From Bryobacteraceae bacterium (GTDB lineage: Bacteria > Acidobacteriota > Terriglobia > Bryobacterales > Bryobacteraceae), in contig JBEKMO010000037.1 of NCBI GenBank assembly GCA_050008465.1, positions 5,988 through 37,987 of the forward strand: a stretch of DNA of 32,000 bases. Reading direction: 5' to 3'. Below, in pieces: positions 24,976 to 32,000 of this stretch (position 1 is its first letter; each line of letters begins with the position of its first letter). The notes below the pieces were generated by a model that had not been told where the DNA came from, ran no database searches, and saw only the letters and a program-made list of their open reading frames with translations. The position numbers were made by a program, and so were the translations under genes.

Positions 24976-25968
24976 ATGAAACAGACAATCCTCGGGACTG
25001 CCGTCCCGAACCTCCCCTGGGAGGATAAGCCGGCAGGGTGCCGGGAAGTGGTCTGGAGGTACAGCGGGAATCCGATCATCGGGTGGAACCCGGTGGGCCG
25101 AGTCGCCCGAGTCTTCAACAGCGCGGCCATTCCCTTTGGGGGCGGCTTTGTGGGCGTGTTCCGGGCGGACCACCGCAACGGGCGCGCGGACCTGCACTTC
25201 GGCCGCAGCGCGGATGGCATTCACTGGGACCTCGAGCCCGAGGTCATCCCCTGGCAGGATGAGGCCGGCCGGCCGAAGCCCAACAGTTACGGCTACGACC
25301 CGCGGCTGCTGAAGATCGAGGACACCTACTACATCACCTGGTGCGACGATTTCCCCGGCGCCTCCATCGGACTCGGCCGCACCCAGGACTTCCGCACCTT
25401 CATCAAGATGGAGAACCCGCTGATGCCGTTCAATCGCAACGGCGTCCTGTTTCCGCGCCGCATTGGCGGGCTGTACGCGCTCTTGAGCCGGCCCAGCGAT
25501 TCCGGCCACACCCCCTTTGGCGACATCGTGCTGTCCTACAGTCCGGACCTCACCTACTGGGGCCGGCATCGTCTGGTGATGAGCCGCGGGGGACAAGGCT
25601 GGTGGCAAAACACCAAGGTCGGCGCCGGTCCCGTGCCCATCGAGACCACCGAGGGCTGGCTGCTTTTCTACCACGGGGTCAGCACCACCTGCAATGGCTA
25701 CGTTTACAGCACCGGCGCGGCCCTGCTGGACCTCGACGACCCCAGCCGCGTCCTCTACCGCACCCGCGATTACCTGATGACGCCCGAGAAGGAGTACGAA
25801 ACCGCGGGCTTCGTTCCCAACGTGGCGTTTCCCTGCGCCGCGATTGCGGACGCTCCGACGGGCCGCATCGCTCTCTATTACGGCGCCGCGGATTCCTACA
25901 CCGCGCTGGCTTTCTGCCAGGTGGACGAGCTGTTGGACTACCTCAAACAGAACTCCGAAGTGTTCTGA
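24976..25968 (+). CDS. GH130 beta-1,4-mannoside phosphorylase-like protein
   Basis: 330-aa ORF. Contains FNSAAIPFGGGFVGVFRAD, YDPRLLKIEDTYYITWC, NRNGVLFPRRIGGLYALLSRP, GAGPVPIETTEGWLLFYHGV and VPNVAFPCAAI...GRIALYYGAADS. These are typical of the GH130 (DUF377) five-bladed propeller. Confidence 0.85.
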   Translation: MKQTILGTAVPNLPWEDKPAGCREVVWRYSGNPIIGWNPVGRVARVFNSAAIPFGGGFVGVFRADHRNGRADLHFGRSADGIHWDLEPEVIPWQDEAGRPKPNSYGYDPRLLKIEDTYYITWCDDFPGASIGLGRTQDFRTFIKMENPLMPFNRNGVLFPRRIGGLYALLSRPSDSGHTPFGDIVLSYSPDLTYWGRHRLVMSRGGQGWWQNTKVGAGPVPIETTEGWLLFYHGVSTTCNGYVYSTGAALLDLDDPSRVLYRTRDYLMTPEKEYETAGFVPNVAFPCAAIADAPTGRIALYYGAADSYTALAFCQVDELLDYLKQNSEVF

Positions 25969-26116
25969 GTTGACGGCGCCACCCGAGGCTGCACCGCAGC
26001 GGCGCGGTTTCAATCGCTCCGAACGCCCTTCTCGCGCCAACCGCTGGAGGGCCAGGCGGAGGGGGGAATGATATCCTGTTGCTTGTATTCCATTCTCAGC
26101 TTCGAAAGGTGGATTC

Positions 26117-28390
26117 ATGCGTAACCAGCGCAGCCCCAGGCGATTCGCCCAATCGATTTTGCGAGTAGCACTAATCACCATTTCCGTTGCTTCTCTGTGG
26201 GCTCAGGCCCCCAGGCAGCAGCCACAGAAGCCCAAAGGACCTTGGATGGAAAGGAGTCTGTCCCCCGACCAGCGTGCCGATCTTCTCGTTGCGGCAATGA
26301 CGCTGGACGAGAAGGTCTCTCTGCTGCACGGCGGGGGCTGGGGCGTGGTGTTCGCGGCACCCGACGCTCCGCCGACGCGCTCGCTCGGCGGGGCAGGATT
26401 CATTCCCGGAGTTGCGCGCCTGGGCATCCCCGACCTGCAGATGGCCGATGCCGCCGTCGGCGTCACCAGAAGCTCGACTTTCGGCCGCTATTCGACGCCG
26501 CTGCCTTCCGGTGTTTCCGAGGCCTCCAGTTGGGACCTGAATGTGGCTCGCGAGTACGGTGCGCTGATCGGCAGGGAACTTCGGGATCAGGGCTACAGCA
26601 TGTCGCTGGGCGGCGGAGTCAATCTGACGCGCGAACCGCGCAACGGCCGCAACTTCGAGTACAAGGGGGAAGACCCGATCCTGGCGGGCAGGCTGGTTGG
26701 CGCGGAGATGAAAGCGCTCCAGGAGCAGGGCATCATCGGCCACACCAAGCACTACGCCCTGAACGACCAGGAGAACGGCCGCAGTTTCGTCAACGTCAAG
26801 GCGGAAGAGCGCGCCATGCGGCAGACCGACCTGCTGGCCTTCGAGATCGGGATCAAGGAGTCGGGCTTGGGCGCCGTCATGTGCTCTTATAACCTCCTGA
26901 ACGGAGACTACGCCTGCGAGAACAGTTATCTCCTGAACGAGCTCCTCAAGAAGCAGTGGGGCTTCCCGGGCTTCGTCATCTCGGACTGGGGCGCCACGCA
27001 CAGCACGGTGAAGGCCGCTCTATCCGGGCTGGATATGGAGATGCCGGGGGACACGTTCTTCGGCGCAGAGCTTAAGAAAGCAGTCGAGTCTGGCACCGTG
27101 CCGGTCTCGCGGCTGAACGACATGGTTCACCGGATCCTGCGTTCGGAATTCGCGGCCGGCCTGTTCGACAACCCGCCGTCCCGGAAAGTGCCGAACATCT
27201 TCACCGGCCTCGAAGTGGCGCAGCGGGTGGCGGAGCAGGGCTCGGTGCTGCTGAAGAACGCGGAGGGACAACTGCCGCTCTCGGCCTCGCGGATTCGCTC
27301 CATCGCCGTGATCGGGTCGCACGCGGACGCGGGCGTGCTTTCGGGCGGAGGCTCCGCGCAAGTGGATCCGCCCGGCGGGAACGCGGTGCCGCCTCGGACC
27401 GCCCCTCGGCCTCCGTGGTACGAGCAGGTCATCTGGCATCCTTCGTCGCCGCTTAAGGCAATCCGCGCCAAGGCGCCGAACGCCACGGTCGAGTACAACC
27501 CGGGGACCGATCCGGCCGCCGCCGCGGCGCTGGCCGCGGCCTCCGCCGTCGCCATCGTCTTCGTCAATCAGCCGACCAGCGAAGGTGCGGACGCGGCGAA
27601 TCTCTCGCTGCCGAATGACCAGGACGCCCTGGTAAGCGCGGTTGCGGCCGCCAACCCGCACACCGTCGTCGTCCTCGAAACCGGGGGCGCCGTAACCATG
27701 CCGTGGATCGACCGGGTCACCGCCGTTCTGGCGGCCTGGTACCCGGGCATCCGCGGCGGCGAGGCGATCGCGAACATCCTCTTTGGAGACGTGAATCCCT
27801 CCGCCAAGCTGCCTTTGACTTTCCCCCGCTCGGAAGCCGACCTGCCGCATCCGACGCTGGCACAGCAGCCGCCTCCGGCCAGCGACGCCGACATGGTCGC
27901 GAGGTTCCCCGGCGATTCCTTCAAAGTGAACACCAGGAAATTCGATCTGGAGTTCAGCGAGGGCTTGAAAGTCGGCTACAAGTGGTACGACGCGGAAGGC
28001 AAAGACCCGCTGTTTCCGTTCGGATTCGGGCTCTCTTACACGACCTGGGCCTACTCCGATCTGAAGGTCACGCCGGGACCGGCCCCCACGCTGGCGTTCA
28101 CCCTCAAGAACGCCGGAACGCGTCCGGGCGCCGAGGTCGCGCAGGTGTACGTGACGCTCCCGGCTGCTGCGGGAGAGCCGTTCAAGCGCCTGGTGAGCTG
28201 GGACAAGGTGCCGCTGGCCCCAGGGGAAGCCAAGACAGTCACGCTGACCCTGGACCCGCACTACCTCTCGATCTTCGATCCGGACAAAGACGCCTGGAGC
28301 CTCCTGCCCGGCGACTATTCGGTCCACGTCGGCGGATCCTCCCGGGATCTGCCGCTCAGGGGTGCCTTTCGAATCGGCGGGGGCCGCTGA
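26117..28390 (+). CDS. Secreted GH3 beta-glucosidase-like glycoside hydrolase
   Basis: 757-aa ORF with a signal peptide. Contains GAGFIPGVARLGIPDLQMADAAVGV and KHYALNDQENGR. Nucleophile context GFVISDWGATHS. C-terminal FnIII-like segment FGFGLSYTTWAYSDLKV...AEVAQVYV. Confidence 0.92.
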   Translation: MRNQRSPRRFAQSILRVALITISVASLWAQAPRQQPQKPKGPWMERSLSPDQRADLLVAAMTLDEKVSLLHGGGWGVVFAAPDAPPTRSLGGAGFIPGVARLGIPDLQMADAAVGVTRSSTFGRYSTPLPSGVSEASSWDLNVAREYGALIGRELRDQGYSMSLGGGVNLTREPRNGRNFEYKGEDPILAGRLVGAEMKALQEQGIIGHTKHYALNDQENGRSFVNVKAEERAMRQTDLLAFEIGIKESGLGAVMCSYNLLNGDYACENSYLLNELLKKQWGFPGFVISDWGATHSTVKAALSGLDMEMPGDTFFGAELKKAVESGTVPVSRLNDMVHRILRSEFAAGLFDNPPSRKVPNIFTGLEVAQRVAEQGSVLLKNAEGQLPLSASRIRSIAVIGSHADAGVLSGGGSAQVDPPGGNAVPPRTAPRPPWYEQVIWHPSSPLKAIRAKAPNATVEYNPGTDPAAAAALAAASAVAIVFVNQPTSEGADAANLSLPNDQDALVSAVAAANPHTVVVLETGGAVTMPWIDRVTAVLAAWYPGIRGGEAIANILFGDVNPSAKLPLTFPRSEADLPHPTLAQQPPPASDADMVARFPGDSFKVNTRKFDLEFSEGLKVGYKWYDAEGKDPLFPFGFGLSYTTWAYSDLKVTPGPAPTLAFTLKNAGTRPGAEVAQVYVTLPAAAGEPFKRLVSWDKVPLAPGEAKTVTLTLDPHYLSIFDPDKDAWSLLPGDYSVHVGGSSRDLPLRGAFRIGGGR

Positions 28391-28416
28391 ATTTCGCCCA
28401 CTGAGAAAGGAACGAT

Positions 28417-29982
28417 ATGACTCGCGCCCAAGCTCTGTTCTCGCTAGCTGCCATCTCCCTGTGGAGCGGCCTCGCCCCCGGCGCCGCTGTGGATGAGGCC
28501 AGGATCGATTCCGGCCGTCTGAAAGGGGCCGTCAGCGGCAAGGTGGTCGCCTTCAAGGGTATCCCGTTCGCCGCGCCGCCCACGGGCGCCAACCGGTGGC
28601 GGCCTCCGCAGCCGGTGGCGCCCTGGACCGGCGTGCGCCCGGCCCTCGCGTTCGCCTCGGATTGCATGCAGCTTCCATTCCCCAGCGACGCCGCGCCGCT
28701 CGGCGCCAAGCCGAACGAGGACTGCCTCTACCTGAACGTGTGGGCTTCCGTGCCGCGTTCCGCGAAACTGCCGGTGATGGTCTGGCTTTACGGCGGCGGA
28801 TTCGTCAACGGCGGCAGCTCGCCGGCGGTGTACGACGGAACCCAGTTCGCCGCGCACGGCGTCGTCTTCGTCAGCTTCAATTACCGGCTTGGCCGTTTCG
28901 GCTTCTTCGCCCATCCCGCGTTGACCAGGGAGAACCCCGACGGCCCTCTCGGAAACTACGCGTTCATGGATCAGATCGCCGCACTGAAGTGGGTCCGGAG
29001 GAACATATCCCGTTTCGGCGGCGATCCCGGAAACGTCACGATCTTCGGCGAATCGGCGGGCGGGGGCTCCGTCCTTACGCTGATGACCTCTCCCGAGGCG
29101 CGCGGCCTGTTCCACAAGGCCATTCTCGAATCGGGAGGCGGACGTACCCTCATGGGCCCCGCGCGGCGGCTTCGCGAGTCTGGCCCGAAACTGCCCTCGG
29201 CGGAAGAGGTGGGCCTGGCCTTCGCGAAGAAGGCCGGCATCGAGGGCGAGGATCAGGCTGCTTTGGACGCTCTGCGGAAGCTGCCCCCCGACAAAGTCGT
29301 GGACGGCCTGAATCTGATGACCATGCAATCGCCCACATTCGCCAGCTCGATCCTCGATGGGAAGATCGTCGTCGAGACTCCGGAACAGGCTTTCCGTGCC
29401 GGACGCCAGGCGAAGGTTCCCCTCATCGCCGGCGCAAACAGCAACGAGTTCGGATTCGCGTTCGCACGGAGCCTGGACGAGTTGCTTGCCCCGTTCGGGG
29501 CCAGCCGCGAGAAGGCGCTGGCGATCTACGATCCCAACAACACCAAAGACCTCCGGGTCATCGGCGGCCTCGTCGGGTCGGACAGAATGATGGTCGAGCC
29601 GGCTCGGTTCATCGTCCGGGCCGTGGCGGCCGCCGGCCAGCCCGCCTACCTGTACCGCTTCTCCTACGTGGCCCAGTCGATGCGCAAACAATGGCACGGA
29701 GCGCCCCATGCGACGGAGATCCCGTTCGTCTTCAACACCGTGTCAGCCCGGTACGGCAAGGAACTGACGCCCGCCGACGCCGCCATCGCGGACGTGGCCA
29801 ACGCCTACTGGGTCGCATTCGCGAAGACCGGTGACCCGAACGGCCCGGGACGTCCGAACTGGCCGCGGTACGATGCCGCGCAGGACCTGCTGTTGAACTT
29901 CGCCGAACGCGGCCCCGCGGCCGAGCCCGATCCCTGGAAAGCGCGCCTCGATCTGATCGAGGCCGCCGCAGCCGCAAAATAG
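28417..29982 (+). CDS. Secreted type-B carboxylesterase (para-nitrobenzyl esterase-like)
   Basis: 521-aa ORF with a signal peptide. Contains FKGIPFAAPPTGANRWRPPQP, EDCLYLNVW, WLYGGGFVNG and the nucleophile elbow FGESAGGGS. AAAGGAA Shine-Dalgarno. Starts 26 nt after the GH3 stop. Confidence 0.92.
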   Translation: MTRAQALFSLAAISLWSGLAPGAAVDEARIDSGRLKGAVSGKVVAFKGIPFAAPPTGANRWRPPQPVAPWTGVRPALAFASDCMQLPFPSDAAPLGAKPNEDCLYLNVWASVPRSAKLPVMVWLYGGGFVNGGSSPAVYDGTQFAAHGVVFVSFNYRLGRFGFFAHPALTRENPDGPLGNYAFMDQIAALKWVRRNISRFGGDPGNVTIFGESAGGGSVLTLMTSPEARGLFHKAILESGGGRTLMGPARRLRESGPKLPSAEEVGLAFAKKAGIEGEDQAALDALRKLPPDKVVDGLNLMTMQSPTFASSILDGKIVVETPEQAFRAGRQAKVPLIAGANSNEFGFAFARSLDELLAPFGASREKALAIYDPNNTKDLRVIGGLVGSDRMMVEPARFIVRAVAAAGQPAYLYRFSYVAQSMRKQWHGAPHATEIPFVFNTVSARYGKELTPADAAIADVANAYWVAFAKTGDPNGPGRPNWPRYDAAQDLLLNFAERGPAAEPDPWKARLDLIEAAAAAK

Positions 29983-30089
29983 TCCCGCCCTCCTCACACA
30001 GGATCGTGGCGAGACGCGGTCCTATCGCGCTCCGCAGCAGGTCTTGTGTGAAAAGGGTGGGATAGTGCCCGCGCCGGTCCGAGGAACCC

Positions 30090-30377
30090 ATGACGGTCTT
30101 CCAGAACCTTGGGAATGGCCGGTTTGACAACGTGACCGGCCCGGCCAAGATCTTTCACAACACTACGCAGAACGGCAATCACTGGATGCTGCTCAAGCTG
30201 ACCGGAACGAAAAGCAACCGTATGGCGATCGGCGCGAAGATCCGGTTGACCGCCGCCGGCGGCTCGGTGCAGCACAATCGCGTCACCACCAGCACGGGCT
30301 ACGCCTGCTCGAGCGATTCCAGGGTGCACCTCGGCCTCGGCCCGTCCGCGAGCGCTAAGGAGATTGAAATCCTCTGA
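30090..30377 (+). pseudogene. Remnant of a CRTAC1/ASPIC-UnbV family gene (C-terminal fragment only)
   Basis: 95-aa ORF. FQNLGNGRFDNVTG is the end of an FG-GAP repeat. [57 protein letters not shown] is the ASPIC/UnbV core. An in-frame TAG at 30063 removes the usual several-hundred-aa N-terminal region. The frame ends at EIEIL, before the usual W-P-S-G continuation. Confidence 0.5.
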
Positions 30378-30441
30378 CCCCGCTCATTTCGTTGTCACCC
30401 TTCCCGGCGGTTTGTATCCTATAACTAGAGGAGGTGCGGGC

Positions 30442-30831
30442 ATGACGCTGGGTTACGGCTACGCACGGGCGCTCGAGTTTCCGTTTGGGGAGGCCGTCGA
30501 ACGGGCTCGCGCCGCGCTGAAGGCGGAGGGGTTCGGCGTGCTGTGCGAGATCGACGTGCGAGAGAAGCTGCGCGAAAAGCTCGGCGTCGAGTTCCGGAAC
30601 TACCTCATCCTCGGCGCCTGCAATCCCCCGCTGGCGCACCAGGCGCTCCAGCAGGAGCTGAACGTCGGACTGCTGCTCCCCTGCAACGTCGTGGTGTACG
30701 AGCTGGGCGGCCGGACGATCGTCGCCGCCATCGACGCCGTGAAGATGCTCTCGGTGGTGGGCAATCCTGGGCTCGAAGCGACGGCGCGCCAGGTGAATGA
30801 AGCTCTGCGCCGCGTCGTCGACAGCATGTAG
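30442..30831 (+). CDS. DUF302 domain protein
   Basis: Start at M27 of the track ORF, preceded by [64 protein letters not shown]...[11 protein letters not shown] is the DUF302 pattern. Confidence 0.85.
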   Translation: MTLGYGYARALEFPFGEAVERARAALKAEGFGVLCEIDVREKLREKLGVEFRNYLILGACNPPLAHQALQQELNVGLLLPCNVVVYELGGRTIVAAIDAVKMLSVVGNPGLEATARQVNEALRRVVDSM

Positions 30832-30840
30832 GGAGATCCT

Positions 30841-30930
30841 ATGCCTGACTTCCTTTGGATTCTGCTTTTCTTCGCGGCTTACTTCGCGATGATGCGCTGG
30901 GTGCTGCCGCGTTTCGGCGTCCAGACTTGA
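30841..30930 (+). CDS. Candidate 29-aa small hydrophobic protein (not in ORF track)
   Basis: ATG at 30841, 9 nt after the DUF302 stop and preceded by GGGAGA. Translation is MPDFLWILLFFAAYFAMMRWVLPRFGVQT*, one predicted TM helix with a basic C-terminal flank. Confidence 0.35.
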   Translation: MPDFLWILLFFAAYFAMMRWVLPRFGVQT

Positions 30931-30945
30931 ATGGCGAAATCCTGC

Positions 30946-30964
30946 CGCGCCGGGTCCCGGCGCG
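30946..30964. terminator. GC-rich hairpin between convergent genes (possible terminator)
   Basis: CGCGCCGGG-T-CCCGGCGCG is a near-perfect palindrome, effectively a 7-bp stem with a 5-nt loop. It sits between the small ORF stop (30930) and the lactate permease stop (30982). The U-tract is weak: only ATTT after the hairpin on the minus strand. Confidence 0.4.
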
Positions 30965-30981
30965 AAAATGCTCTAGCGGCT

Positions 30982-32000
30982 TCATCCGGCCCAGCCGGTG
31001 TACGCGTAAAGCGCGGTGATCAGGCCGATCAGCGAGGCCAGGATGATGCTGTGACCTAAGGTGAAGCGGAACAGCCTGGATTCCTCGCGGCGGCCCAGGC
31101 CGGTGGCGGCTGCGGCGACGGCGATGCTTTGCAGGCTGATCATCTTGCCCATGACGCCCCCGCTGGAGTTGGCGGCCGCCATCAGTACACGGCTGTAGTG
31201 GAGCGTGTCGGCGGTGATCACCTGCAAGTTCCCGAACAGCGCGTTGGATGAGGTGTCCGATCCCGTGAGGAAGACGCCGAGCCAGCCCAGCAGCGCGCTG
31301 AAGAAGGGGAACAGCACGCCGGTGGCGGCAAATGCCAGGCCCAGCGTGGCGGTGGCCCCCGAGTAGTTCATTAGGAAAGCCAGCGCCAGGACGGTCGCGA
31401 TGGTGAGCTCGGGCACCAGCAACTGTTTCACGGTCTTCAGGAACACGCCGGCGAACTGGCGGGGCGGCATTCCGAGCAGCAGCGCGGACGAGATCGCTGC
31501 GAGCAGACAGGCAGTGCCGGAAGCCGACAGCCAATTGAAGTCGTAGAACGCGTGGTAAGGCTGAGGCGTGCTCACCACGTGCGGCATGAGCCAGATCGCG
31601 TCATGCAATCCCGGCCAGGGGATTCTCACGCTCCCGCGCTCCAACAGGTGTCGCACCGGTGCGCATCCCCAGAGCAGCACGAAGACGACCAGCAGACCGT
31701 ACGGTCCCCAGGCCAGCGCCAACTCGCGGGCGGAATGCCTCCGTGGAGCAACTAGCGGGCTGGCCTCTCCCTCGAAGCGGAAGCCGTCCTTCGGCTTCCA
31801 GAGCAGGAACAGGATGACCAGCGAGCTGATGGCCGCGAGCGAACTCAGAATATCGGTAAGCTGCGGCCCCACATAATTCGAGACCAGGAACTGCGTTCCG
31901 GCAAACGAGACGCCGCAAACCGCCGTGCCCAGCAGGACCCCGCGCAGGCCCCTCCAGCCGCACATCACCAGCATCAGGTAGGCGGGGATGATCAGCGAGA
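30982..32000 (-). CDS. L-lactate/glycolate permease (LctP family); N-terminus beyond window edge
   Basis: The track ORF starts at an internal Met (31974), but the frame stays open to base 32000 (...SLIIPAYLMLVMCGW...). LctP-like segments: FLTGSDTSSNALFGNLQVITA and AANSSGGVMGKMISLQSIAVAAAATG. 330+ aa of a family that is usually ~550 aa. Confidence 0.85.
   Translation of the reverse strand, partial: SLIIPAYLMLVMCGWRGLRGVLLGTAVCGVSFAGTQFLVSNYVGPQLTDILSSLAAISSLVILFLLWKPKDGFRFEGEASPLVAPRRHSARELALAWGPYGLLVVFVLLWGCAPVRHLLERGSVRIPWPGLHDAIWLMPHVVSTPQPYHAFYDFNWLSASGTACLLAAISSALLLGMPPRQFAGVFLKTVKQLLVPELTIATVLALAFLMNYSGATATLGLAFAATGVLFPFFSALLGWLGVFLTGSDTSSNALFGNLQVITADTLHYSRVLMAAANSSGGVMGKMISLQSIAVAAAATGLGRREESRLFRFTLGHSIILASLIGLITALYAYTGWAG

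Noticed and set aside
1-32000. Search for CRISPR arrays, rRNA/tRNA genes, IS elements/transposases, integrases or long tandem repeats
   Set aside because: By-eye scanning of the intergenic regions and ORF translations found no spaced identical repeats, no transposase or integrase-like ORFs and no structured RNA gene signatures. A computational scan (tRNAscan-SE, Infernal, ISEScan, minced) would be needed to be definitive.

Overview
High-GC bacterial chromosomal window, most likely Acidobacteriota of the Solibacter/Bryobacter type. Taxon markers are a PadR + ADOP duplicated-permease pair, a TIGR03437-type C-terminal domain on a secreted glycosidase, and a CarboxypepD_reg-TPR protein. Most of the window is carbohydrate catabolism. 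One locus is MFS sugar transporter / ROK-like kinase / 1171-aa GH2 with discoidin domains (5.3-11.1 kb). A large secreted clan-GH-A-like hydrolase lies at 13.1-15.8 kb. A third locus is GPH symporter / GH130 mannoside phosphorylase / GH3 / type-B carboxylesterase (23.5-30.0 kb). Between these lie a DUF433-DUF5615 toxin-antitoxin pair, an Fe-S HhH-GPD glycosylase-like gene, an orphan TadE-TadE-TadG(vWA) trio and a membrane-anchored wHTH-like protein. The window ends with a DUF302 gene and a truncated lactate permease. The stand-out is a compact minus-strand operon at 16.2-18.1 kb: a Cys-rich MarR-type regulator, hgcA (corrinoid protein with the diagnostic NVWCAAGK cap-helix motif and a multi-helix membrane domain) and hgcB (2x[4Fe-4S] ferredoxin with a Cys-rich tail). 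This is the mercury-methylation gene pair. It has its own AT-rich promoter and palindromic operator. It is flanked upstream by an ECF sigma gene broken by an in-frame TAG plus a frameshift, and downstream by a possible truncated gene remnant. No rRNA, tRNA, CRISPR array or transposase was recognised. Two genes truncated by the window edges (1..2583 and 30982..32000, both minus) are missing from the supplied ORF track and were recovered by hand translation. Many long ORFs in the track are antisense or out-of-frame shadows typical of high-GC DNA. All homology calls come from motif recognition by eye, not database searches.
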